A DNA stretch of 64,000 nt, from NCBI GenBank assembly GCA_964016885.1, contig OZ024742.1, positions 291,710,001 to 291,774,000 on the forward strand, written 5' to 3'. The notes below the pieces were generated by a model. The model was not told where the DNA came from. It worked only from the letters and a program-made list of their open reading frames with translations, and ran no database searches. Shown one piece after another: positions 12,801 to 25,000 of this stretch (position 1 is the stretch's first letter; each line of letters opens with the position of its first letter). The translations under genes and the position numbers were made by a program. Source of the stretch: Eledone cirrhosa (Eukaryota).

Positions 12801-13125
12801 GTTGAGAGAGAAACTATGTCTGAGAGGGATAGAATGTAGTGTACGGGAGAGGAGACTGAGGTGGTATGGACATGTGATGCGCATGGAGGATGACCGATGG
12901 GTGAAGAAGTGCCAGGAAATGCCAGTTGAAGGAAGACGTGGTAGAGGTAGACCACGAAAAACATGGGCGGAGGTGGTGAGAACAGACCTCAGATCATTGA
13001 AGCTCACGGCGGAGATGACGAGGGACCATGACGAGTGGAGAGATGCTGTGCTGAATAAGACACGTCCCACCCTTGCAAGCAGGGAAAAGCGGACGTAAAA
13101 TGATGATGATGATGATGATGATGAT
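9845..13125 (+). mobile_element. RTE-clade LINE family B, near-intact full-length copy
   Basis: Putative 5' UTR at 9845-10040 and an APE-RT ORF at 10041-13098. The stop codon is followed directly by a (GAT)n tail. Confidence 0.95.
10041..13098 (+). pseudogene. RTE ORF (APE endonuclease, reverse transcriptase, C4HC3 PHD-like finger); one nonsense codon and one frameshift
   Basis: 10041-10304 encodes VATLNVGTL..CMQEVRW, then TGA at 10302. The frame continues as ISNRIIKLRL..SVYAPQ until a frameshift near 10464. The following 877-aa ORF has GDFNGHVG, SQIDFLL, FVDLEKAFDRV, HQGSVLSP, YADD and FRYLG. Confidence 0.93.
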
Positions 13126-13139
13126 AATGAACTGCATAA

Positions 13140-13705
13140 TTTATTTCCCTTTTGCAGCTATCTTTTCCTAAAATTTATACCAATAAGTATACATATAAAC
13201 TATTTTAATTTCAGGTTATGAATCTATATTCCTTATAATCTATATAAATTTGTTATTTCTCATTAATAAATTTACCCCCCCCAATAATTATTATTTTTTT
13301 ATTTATTTTCCCTTCGTTTTTAACAGCATTCTTCAATTACATCTAACTCTTATTTATCATATCTATATGAATTAATATAAATTTATCAATATAAATATAC
13401 CTATCAATTTAATTAATTTATTTTCTTTTTATAGATGTAAATTCCTTATAAGATTGATATTTTTCACTAACACATTTATCGTAAAATTTTATTCTCCTTA
13501 GATATTTACATTAGCATTATTCTTTTATAACTTCAAATTTTCGTGTACCTTTTACCGACTTGACCTATTTTCATCCCCAAAATAATCTTTTCATTCATTC
13601 GGTCGGGTACTTCTCGAGTTTTAGGGATTCACACAGACAGACATCCTCTGTTTTATATATATATAGACTAGCAGAAAACCGCCCACTGAGTGGTTTTCTG
13701 CTAGT
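13140..13705 (-). mobile_element. Non-autonomous Helitron-like element(s)
   Basis: The minus strand starts TCTATATATATATAAAAcagaggatgtctgtctgt at 13667. It abuts a 14-bp perfect hairpin, actagcagaaaacc...ggttttctgctagt (13667-13705), with CTAG ends. The left boundary is uncertain. Confidence 0.55.
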
Positions 13706-13720
13706 ATATATATATATTAC

Positions 13721-16105
13721 GGAAAGTATGGCGGGATGGGGGAAGTAGAGAAGACTATCAAGTGGCCAGGAGGGAAGATAGGAGGCAAGTGTACTTCGCA
13801 AGAAGGGAAGCAGAGGAAAGAAAGTTCAAGCATGTTCTACAACGCGAGGACCAAAAACGTGAAGTGTTCAGGATTGCTAGGCAATGTGTCAAGGAAAACC
13901 GTGATATTGTCGGGGAGAAGATGTACTTGCCATCACTGATAAGAAGGTAGCTTGGAAGTGTCACTACGAAAGGCTACTAAATGAGGAGAATAAATGGGAG
14001 AAAGATAGTCTCCCCCACATCGACCCAATAGAGGGACCAGCAGTGTTAGTCGAAGGTAGTATAATAAGTAAGGCAATCAAAGATATGAAGACGGGTAAGG
14101 CAGCTGGGTCTTCGGAAATAGTTGCTGAGATGCTGAAAGCCTCTGGAACGGTGGGACACACCATGGTCACCCGGATAGTAAACCAAGTCATACAGAATGG
14201 GGTTGTTCCGAAGGACTGGCGTAGCAGCATCATCATTAACTGTTACAAGGGTAAAGGAGATGCCCTAAATAGGAGTAACTATAGAGGCATTAAATTAATC
14301 GACCAGGTCATGAAGGTCACGGAAAAAGTAATAGCGCAACTAATCAGAGAGAGAATTGATCTAGATGAAATGCAGTTTGGGTTTGTGTCAGGCAAAAGTA
14401 CCACAGACGCTCTTTTCATTGTACGACAACTACAGGAGAAGTACCTAGCTAAAAGTAAACCCCTATACTTAGCTTTTGTCGACTTGGAGAAAGCCTTCGA
14501 CAGAGTCACCCGTTCCATTATCTGGTGAGCTCTTAGAAAACTAGGTGTTGATGAATGGCTTGTGAGAGCTATACAAGCCATGTATAAAGAAACAGTCAGC
14601 AAGGTTAGAATTAACAACGAATATAGTGAAGAGTTTAGCGTAAAAGTTTGTGTTCATCAGGGCTACGTTCTTAGCCCCCACTATTTATTATTGCCCTTCA
14701 GGCTATAACAGTGGAGTTCAAGACCGGCAGCCCATGGGAACTCCTATACGCAGATGATCTAACGCTCATAGCTGAATCAATGGCCGAGCTAGAGAAGAAA
14801 TTCCAAACATGGAAGCACGGCCTAGAATCAAAAGGCCTTAAAATTAACTTGGCAAAGACTAAAGTTCTAGTTTGTAGGAAAGAAAATAGGGCGCCGGTCC
14901 CTTCCGGGAAATGGCCATGCTCCGTGTATAGGAAAGGCGTAGGTAGAAACTCCATTTTATGTCCCAAATGCAAAGTATGGGTGCATAAAAGATGTAGTGG
15001 GATCACAGGTAAGCTAACTAAGAACATAGATTTTACATGTGGCTGGTGCTCTGGTGCAATAAGTAGCAGCAAGTGCCCACGAAATACTAGCTCTTTCAAT
15101 TGCGCAGAGGGTTCTATAGAAATAGTGGACAGCTTCCGTTACCTGGGTGACAAAATCAGCAGTGGGGGAGGGTGCTCTGAAAGTACAGTAGCTAGAGTCA
15201 GAACTGGATGGAAAAAGTTCAGAGAGCTTATACCACTATTAGCCGCTAAAGGGTTCTCCCTAAAAATGAAAGGCAGGCTGTATGATGCCTGCATACAAAC
15301 AGCAATGTTGCATGGCAGTGAGACCTGGGCATTGTGTGCAGAGGATATACGCAGACTAGAGAGGAACGAAGCTTGCATGCTCCACTGGATGTGTAATAGT
15401 AATATACGTGAACGGCAAAGCATTAACGAACTAAGGGAAAAATTAGAAATAAGAGGGATCAGATGTTGTTTACTCGAGAGAAGGCTACGTTGGTATGGTC
15501 ACGTAATGCGCATGAAAGACGACAGCTGTATAACAAAGTGCAGGGCAATAAAAATAGACAGTAGCCACGGAGTAGGCAGACCCAGAAAATACCTGGGACG
15601 ACTTGATAAATTCCGACCTCACACACTTACACCGCTCCAAGACAATGTCACTGGACCGAGATCTTTCACGGTACTCAGTAATAGAGAAGACCCGCCTTAC
15701 CTAAATACAAAGTAAAACCTACTACAGTCAGTAGGCACCTCTAACAAAATACACCCCCGTCCCACCACCCCTACCCCATCCACACCGCCACTTTCAATGT
15801 AAAGTTATGTTGATGCCACAACATCCAGGCCGAAACAAATGAGGTCGTGTAGGTGTCATGACAAAAAAAAAACACACAGTCCACGCTGTAATGTGGCCGT
15901 GTAGGTAACACGGTAAAAACCTCCCAGTCCCACACTGTAAATGTGGTTGTTGCTAGGAAGGGCATCCAGCTGTAGAAAACCCACCAGACAGCCCTATGCG
16001 AGCAAGACAACCACTCTTGCCTCAAGTGGGAAAACTCCCGTCCAAACCCATGCAAGCGTGGAATATGGACGTTAAACGATGATGATGATGATGATGATGA
16101 TGATG
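13721..16105 (+). mobile_element. RTE-clade LINE family A, 5'-truncated copy
   Basis: Highly similar to 4307-6650. ORFs 14043-14528 and 14711-15715 contain YADD, the PHD-like finger and FRYLG. It has the same 3' UTR and a (GAT)n tail at 16078-16105. Confidence 0.95.
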
Positions 16106-16229
16106 ACACAGAAATGTATATATATTTCTGTGTGTATATATATATATGTTACACACACAGAAATGTATATATATATTTCTGTGTGTGTATATATATATAT
16201 ATATTACACACACACAGAAATGTATATAT

Positions 16230-16516
16230 GTTTCTGTAGCACTCCTCAATTCCCCCCTCTCTCCCTCCCGCTATCCCCCTCTTGTATTCTGTCTCTTTTT
16301 TCACTCTACGCGTGCGCAAAAAACATTCGCACGTGCGCACGTGTTTTAGCGTCTATTCACTCTCTCTCTCTCCCGCTATCCCCTTCTCGTAGTCTGTCTC
16401 TTTCTTTCACTCTCACTCTACGCGTGCGCAAAAAACATTCGCATGCGCGCACATGTTTCCACTGTCGGACAGACAGTCAAACAGAGAAATTGCTGGTTAT
16501 ATATTATAAGGAGATA
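16230..16516 (-). mobile_element. Helitron-like non-autonomous element with internal ~115-bp duplication
   Basis: The minus strand starts tatctccttataatatataacc..tgtctgtcc. The block ctcccgctatcccc...cactctacgcgtgcgcaaaaaacattcgca occurs twice. Confidence 0.4.
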
Positions 16517-17372
16517 TATATACATATATAGTTAGGTGACAGTGTTGTATTTAAAGGATTCTGTTAGTTGACATATATTTTTCATGAGGTTCCCTTAGGA
16601 TCTTATTAAAGCTGAAAACCCTCTGAAAAAATTAAAAACTACAGCCATCACTTGTAATTGAGGTTGACTTGGTAGTGTGTCTCATTCTTTTGTTTATGGT
16701 TTTAAGTGTCCATACAGTCACAGGCAGGCATAGACATTCTTTCGGCCCTCACTCATGTCAAAGATCACAAAGCACCACCTAGTCCAGGAATTGAACTCAC
16801 AACCTTATAATTGTGAGCTTAACCACTCGACCATGCACCTTCACTATTTAGTGATGATAATGATATCACAATACAATAACCATATAGTTAGTAAGAAACT
16901 ATGACTGTGGCTATAGAAGTTACTCAATGAGTGAATCATTAATAGAACAGTTATCAGATGACATATATTGTTTGAAAACAGTGAATTGGCAGATTCATTA
17001 GAACAGTGGATAGAATACTTTATAGTATTCAGTCCCTGTGCTACGAGTTTAAATCATGTTGAGGTAAATTTTATGATAAATGAAATGCAAGTCCAGTACT
17101 GGTGTTGATTCTCCCTCTAACTCTTTCTCTCTATATATATATTCTCCGGAAAAAATAAGCACTGCACAGACCTGGAGATGGGTAAACTCCACCAAGACAC
17201 TTCATATATCACAACGAGCCCCTACAGCTCCATCAGCAGGTAAGGGTTCATGCCATGCCATATATTGTGTTGTAGCACACATATACAGAGTGGGTAATAA
17301 TTAGCTTATATTACAAAGAAACTTAATAGTGTGCTTCCATTAATACAGACAGGTAGCATTTTGAACATTATA

Positions 17373-17622
17373 CAGGGTGTATCAAATAGAATAATCCGAT
17401 TCCAAAAGACTATATTTTTGAAACAAATGGACATATAATCATGTGGTAACTTTTACAATACATGTCTGAATATATAGTTTTATTTACAACTTTTACAAAT
17501 GCTCAATATGCCCAGCCCCAGACACACAACATACATCATTTACACGATATACATCTACACGTTAGTCAAACTCACCCCATACTCAAGTGAATATGTCTGA
17601 TGATTCTTTTTGATACATCCTG
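17373..17622 (-). mobile_element. Tc1/mariner internally deleted element (MITE)
   Basis: TA-cagggtgtatcaaatagaat...attctttttgatacatcctg-TA gives TIRs with a TA TSD. An internal minus-strand remnant reads VWGEFD*RVD..GHIEHL*, like a transposase C-terminus. Confidence 0.8.
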
Positions 17623-18074
17623 TATAAACATACATGAATTACCTATGCATTACTTAGAGTATAAATTTTAATATCACTATGGTTTTCTTTTTATTCATAA
17701 TCCAACACTAAGCTAATAAGCTAATTATGGTCCAGCCCATATTTCTCCTACTCGGTCTGTATTTGGTTGAGAATAGGTACACTGTATATCTGTGTGTTTT
17801 TAGAGTTAACTAAAAGGGTTAATGTAAAGAAGAGCATCTGACTGTAACACATTGCTTCAAAAAGGACTCCATGACAAGTAGAAAGCCTATCACAGGTCTC
17901 AGAAAGTTAACCTCTGCTTTAACAGAAAAAAATGGCCTGAAAACACATTTGTACTATATGAAGTTTAATATCAATTTAAGTCCTGTAAAAGAGAAATGTG
18001 TTATTAGGCATTTGGTATGAGTGAATCACTCCAAAGGGTAGTTTTCAGTGATATAACAGCAATCATTATGTTAA

Positions 18075-18176
18075 TCCCGCCGAGGTTGACTTTGCCTTTC
18101 ATCCTTACAGGGTCGATAAAATAAAGTACCAGTAATGCACTGGGTAATTGCTGGCCTTGTGCCTAAAGTAGAAACA
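18075..18176 (+). mobile_element. SINE family S1, 5'-truncated, TSD attatgttaa
   Basis: Core gcctttcatccttacagggtcgataaaataaagtaccag and 3' end ggccttgtgcctaaagtagaaaca. attatgttaa lies at 18065-74 and 18177-86. Confidence 0.85.
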
Positions 18177-19059
18177 ATTATGTTAACCCTCGCTTTAGTA
18201 GTGGAAATGGACTTAATCATTTTATTCCTATATTTCTAATGATTATATTATACGCCTATGGCTTTTAAATAGTTTTGAAAATAATCAAGAATTTGGTGGG
18301 GTTTAGTAATATAACTTTCCCAAGCTGGTGCTTGGAACATAAGGTTCTAACATAAAATTATGATGGAATGTTTTAAGATAAATATAAACTGCTTTGTATT
18401 GTAGAACCTGGAACAGTTTAGTTATTGTGTCTTTGTTCTAACTCTTTGAACACTTTAGTTCTTATATCCCCAACAATATTTATATAATGTTAAATATAAT
18501 ATAAAACAATGTATAATCAATAAAAATTGACATAAGGGTTGAATGACATGGATTTGTTTAGGACAGATGGAAGTTGAAAGAATTGAGGGAGAAATATTTC
18601 ATGGCAGCAATGAACAACTGTCAAAGTTTGACAGCTTATATAAGATATGGTTTGCATACTGAGTGGGGTAGGGGGAAATAAAGAGTGGTCTACAGTGTTA
18701 GTGGTGGTGGTAATGGTATTGTTGTTGTTGGTGGTGGTATTGTTGTTAGTGGTGGTAAGGGTAATAATAGTGGTGATTAAGGTAGCAGTGATAAGGTGAG
18801 TGCATTGGTGATGATGTTGATAGTGAGTGATGATGGTGCTGATATGCCCACATAAAATATTGCTCCCAGCTTTTGCTGTAAACCCCCCCCCCCCCATCCC
18901 TCAAGAGGTTCATCTCTGACCTCCACCACAACATTATGTTAGTTCCATGATTAAATATTGTGGTACTCTAGCTCTCACAAACCCATGCCAACATGGAAAA
19001 AAATAGGCCACAAACTTTTATGAAAATAATGATTGTGTGTGTGTGTGCATGCATGTGTG

Positions 19060-22000
19060 TCATCATCATCATCAACATTTTGTTCTGCTGCGTTAAATCA
19101 GATGACCATGTCTTGCTCATACAGAGCTGTTTCTGGCTTAGTTTCTATGGCTGGATGCTCACCCTAACACCAACCACATTTACAGTGTGGACTGGGTAAT
19201 TTTTACTGTTGCATCAAAATGACCACTACAGTGTGGACTGTGTGATTTTTACTGTTGCATCAAAATGACCACTACAGTGTGGACTGTGTGATTTTTACTG
19301 TTGCATCAAAATGACCACTTATAGTGTGGACTGTGTGATTTTTACTGTTGCATCAAAATGACCACTATAGTGGGGACTGTGTGATTTTTACTGTTGCATC
19401 AAAATGACCACTATAGTGGGGACTGTGTGATTTTTACTGTTGCATCAAAATGACCACTATAGTGTGGACTGGGTGATTTTTACTGTTGCATCAAAATGAC
19501 CACTACAGTGTGGACTGTGTGATTTTTACTGTTGCATCAAAATGACCACTTTTAGTGTGGACTGGGTGATTTTTAATGTTGCATCAAAATGACCACTACA
19601 GTGTGGACTGTGTGATTTTTACTGTTGCATCAAAATGACCACTACAGTGTGGACTGTGTGATTTTTACTGTTGCATCAAAATGACCACTATAGTGTGGAC
19701 TGGGTGATTTTTACTGTTGCATCAAAATGACCACTATAGTGGGGACTGTGATTTTTACTGTTGCATCAAAATGACCACTATAGTGGGGACTGTGTGATTT
19801 TTACTGTTGCATCAAAATGACCACTATAGTGTGGACTGGGTGATTTTTACTGTTGCATCAAAATGACCACTACAGTGTGGACTGGGTGATTTTTACTGTT
19901 GCATCAAAATGACCACTACAGTGTGGACTGTGATTTTTACTGTTGCAACAAAATGACCACTTATAGTGTGGACTGGGTGATTTTTACTGTTGCATCAAAA
20001 TGACCACTACAGTGTGGACTGTGTGATTTTTACTGTTGCATCAAAATGACCACTACAGTGTGGACTGTGTGATTTTTACTGTTGCATCAAAATGACCACT
20101 ATAGTGTGGACTGGGTGATTTTTACTGTTGCATCAAAATGACCACTATAGTGGGGACTGTGTGATTTTTACTGTTGCATCAAAATGACCACTATAGTGTG
20201 GACTGGGTGATTTTTACTGTTGCATCAAAATGACCACTACAGTGTGGACTGGGTGATTTTTACTGTTGCATCAAAATGACCACTACAGTGTGGACTGTGT
20301 GATTTTTACTGTTGCATAAAAATGACCACTTATAGTGTGGACTGGGTGATTTTTACTGTTGCATCAAAATGACCACTACAGTGTGGACTGTGTGATTTTT
20401 ACTGTTGCATCAAAATGACCACTACAGTGTGGACTGTGTGATTTTTACTGTTGCATCAAAATGACCACTATAGTGTGGACTGGGTGATTTTTACTGTTGC
20501 ATCAAAATGACCACTATAGTGGGGACTGTGTGATTTTTACTGTTGCATCAAAATGACCACTACAGTGTGGACTGTGATTTTTACTGTTGCATCAAAATGA
20601 CCACTATAGTGTGGACTGGGTGATTTTTACTGTTGCATCAAAATGACCACTATAGTGTGGACTGGGTGATTTTTACTGTTGCATCAAAATGACCACTACA
20701 GTGTGGACTGTGTGATTTTTACTGTTGCATCAAAATGACCACTACAGTGTGGACTGGGTGATTTTTACTGTTGCATCAAAATGACCACTACAGTGTGGAC
20801 TGTGTGATTTTTACTGTTGCATCAAAATGACCACTATAGTGTGGACTGGGTGATTTTTACTGTTGCATCAAAATGACCACTACAGTGTGGACTGTGTGAT
20901 TTTTACTGTTGCATCAAAATGACCACTACAGTGTGGACTGTGATTTTTACTGTTGCATCAAAATGACCACTACAGTGTGGACTGTGTGATTTTTACTGTT
21001 GCATCAAAATGACCACTATAGTGTGGGCTGGGTGATTTTTACTGTTGCATCAAAATGACCACTACAGTGTGGACTGTGATTTTTACTGTTGCATCAAAAT
21101 GACCACTATAGTGTGGACTGGGTGATTTTTACTGTTGCATCAAAATGACCACTACAGTGTGGACTGTGTGATTTTTACTGTTGCATCAAAATGACCACTA
21201 CAGTGTGGACTGGGTGATTTTTACTGTTGCATCAAAATGACCACTACAGTGTGGACTGTGTGATTTTTACTGTTGCATCAAAATGACCACTACAGTGTGG
21301 ACTGGGTGATTTTTACTGTTGCATCAAAATGACCACTACAGTGTGGACTGTGTGATTTTTACTGTTGCATCAAAATGACCACTACAGTGTGGACTGTGAT
21401 TTTTACTGTTGCATCAAAATGACCACTACAGTGTGGACTGTGTGATTTTTACTGTTGCATCAAAATGACCACTATAGTGTGGACTGGGTTATTTTTAATG
21501 TTGCATCAAAATGACCACTACAGTGTGGACTGTGTGATTTTTACTGTTGCATCAAAATGACCACTATAGTGTGGACTGGGTGATTTTTACTGTTGCATCA
21601 AAATGACCACTACAGTGTGGACTGGGTGATTTTTACTGTTGCATCAAAATGACCACTATAGTGTGGACTGTGTGATTTTTACTGTTGCATCAAAATGACC
21701 ACTACAGTGTGGACTGTGTGATTTTTACTGTTGCATCAAAATGACCACTACAGTATGGACTGGGTGATTTTTACTGTTGCATCAAAATGACCACTACAGT
21801 GTGGACTGTGTGATTTTTACTGTTGCATCAAAATGACCACTATAGTGTGGACTGTGTGATTTTTACTGTTGCATCCAAATGACCACTACAGTGTGGACTG
21901 TGTGATTTTTACTGTTGCATCAAAATGACCACTACAGTGTGGACTGGGTGATTTTTACTGTTGCATCAAAATGACCACTACAGTGTGGACTGTGTGATTT

Positions 22001-25000
22001 TTACTGTTGCATCAAAATGACCACTACAGTGTGAACTGTGATTTTTACTGTTGCATCAAAATGACCACTATAGTGTGGACTGTGTGATTTTTACTGTTGC
22101 ATCAAAATGACCACTACAGTGTGGACTGTGATTTTTACTGTTGCATCAAAATGACCACTACAGTGTGGACTGGGTGATTTTTACTGTTGCATCAAAATGA
22201 CCACTATAGTGTGGACTGTGTGATTTTTACTGTTGCATCAAAATGACCACTACAGTGTGGACTGGGTGATTTTTACTGTTGCATCAAAATCACCACTATA
22301 GTGTGGACTGGGTGATTTTTACTGTTGCATCAAAATCACCACTACAGTGTGGACTGGGTGATTTTTACTGTTGCATCAAAATCACCACTACAGTGTGGAC
22401 TGGGTGATTTTTACTGTTGCATCAAAATGACCACTATAGTGTGGACTGGGTGATTTTTACTGTTGCATCAAAATGACCACTACAGTGTGGACTGTGTGAT
22501 TTTTACTGTTGCATCAAAATGACCACTACAGTGTGGACTGGGTGATTTTTACTGTTGCATCAAAATGACCACTACAGTGTGGACTGTGTGATTTTCACTG
22601 TTGCATCAAAATGACCACTACAGTGTGGACTGGGTGATTTTTACTGTTGCATCAAAATGACCACTACAGTGTGGACTGGGTGATTTTTACTGTTGCATCA
22701 AAATGACCACTACAGTGTGGACTGTGTGATTTTTACTGTTGCATCAAAATGACCACTACAGTGTGGACTGGGTGATTTTTACTGTTGCATCAAAATTACC
22801 ACTACAGTGTGGACTGGGTGATTTTTACTGTTGCATCAAAATTACCACTACAGTGTGGACTGGGTGATTTTTACTGTTGCATCAAAATGACCACTATAGT
22901 GTGGACTGTGTGATTTTTACTGTTGCATCAAAATGACCACTACAGTGTGGACTGTGTGATTTTTACTGTTGCATCAAAATGACCACTACAGTGTGGACTG
23001 TGATTTTTACTGTTGCATCAAAATGACCACTACAGTGTGGACTGTGTGATTTTTACTGTTGCATCAAAATGACCACTACAGTGTGGACTGTGTGATTTTT
23101 ACTGTTGCATCAAAATGACCACTACAGTGTGGACTGTGTGATTTTTACTGTTGCATCCAAATGACCACTACAGTGTGGACTGTGTGATTTTTACTGTTGC
23201 ATCCAAATGACCACTACAGTGTGGACTGTGTGATTTTTACTGTTGCATCAAAATGACCACTACAGTGTGGACTGGGTGATTTTTACTGTTGCATCAAAAT
23301 CACCACTATAGTGTGGACTGGGTGATTTTTACTGTTGCATCAAAATGACCACTATAGTGTGGACTGGGTGATTTTTACTGTTGCATCAAAATGACCACTA
23401 CAGTGTGGACTGGGTGATTTTTACTGTTGCATCAAAATGACCACTACAGTGTGAACTGTGTGATTTTTACTGTTGCATCCAAATGACCACTACAGTGTGG
23501 ACTGTGATTTTTACTGTTGCATCAAAATGACCACTACAGTGTGGACTGGGTGATTTTTACTGTTGCATCAAAATCACCACTATAGTGTGGACTGGGTGAT
23601 TTTTACTGTTGCATCAAAATGACCACTATAGTGTGGACTGTGTGATTTTTACTGTTGCATCCAAATGACCACTACAGTGTGGACTGTGTGATTTTTACTG
23701 TTGCATCAAAATGACCACTACAGTGTGGACTGGGTGATTTTTACTGTTGCATCAAAATGACCACTATAGTGTGGACTGGGTGATTTTTACTGTTGCATCA
23801 AAATGACCACTACAGTGTGGACTGTGTGATTTTTACTGTTGCATCAAAATGACCACTACAGTGTGGACTGTGATTTTTACTGTTGCATCAAAATGACCAC
23901 TACAGTGTGGACTGTGTGATTTTTACTGTTGCATCAAAATGACCACTATAGTGTGGGCTGGGTGATTTTTACTGTTGCATCAAAATGACCACTACAGTGT
24001 GGACTGTGATTTTTACTGTTGCATCAAAATGACCACTATAGTGTGGACTGGGTGATTTTTACTGTTGCATCAAAATGACCACTACAGTGTGGACTGTGTG
24101 ATTTTTACTGTTGCATCAAAATGACCACTACAGTGTGGACTGGGTGATTTTTACTGTTGCATCAAAATGACCACTACAGTGTGGACTGTGTGATTTTTAC
24201 TGTTGCATCAAAATGACCACTACAGTGTGGACTGGGTGATTTTTACTGTTGCATCAAAATGACCACTACAGTGTGGACTGTGTGATTTTTACTGTTGCAT
24301 CAAAATGACCACTACAGTGTGGACTGTGATTTTTACTGTTGCATCAAAATGACCACTACAGTGTGGACTGTGTGATTTTTACTGTTGCATCAAAATGACC
24401 ACTATAGTGTGGACTGGGTTATTTTTAATGTTGCATCAAAATGACCACTACAGTGTGGACTGTGTGATTTTTACTGTTGCATCAAAATGACCACTATAGT
24501 GTGGACTGGGTGATTTTTACTGTTGCATCAAAATGACCACTACAGTGTGGACTGGGTGATTTTTACTGTTGAATCAAAATGACCACTATAGTGTGGACTG
24601 TGTGATTTTTACTGTTGCATCAAAATGACCACTACAGTGTGGACTGTGTGATTTTTACTGTTGCATCAAAATGACCACTACAGTATGGACTGGGTGATTT
24701 TTACTGTTGCATCAAAATGACCACTACAGTGTGGACTGTGTGATTTTTACTGTTGCATCAAAATGACCACTATAGTGTGGACTGGGTGATTTTTACTGTT
24801 GCATCAAAATGACCACTACAGTGTGGACTGTGTGATTTTTACTGTTGCATCAAAATGACCACTACAGTGTGGACTGGGTGATTTTTACTGTTGCATCAAA
24901 ATGACCACTACAGTGTGGACTGTGTGATTTTTACTGTTGCATCAAAATGACCACTACAGTGTGAACTGTGATTTTTACTGTTGCATCAAAATGACCACTA

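Noticed and set aside
10647-13070. Multiple antisense ORFs over the RT genes (also across the other RTE and Tx1 copies)
   Set aside because: These are shadow ORFs of the sense frame with no recognisable motifs.
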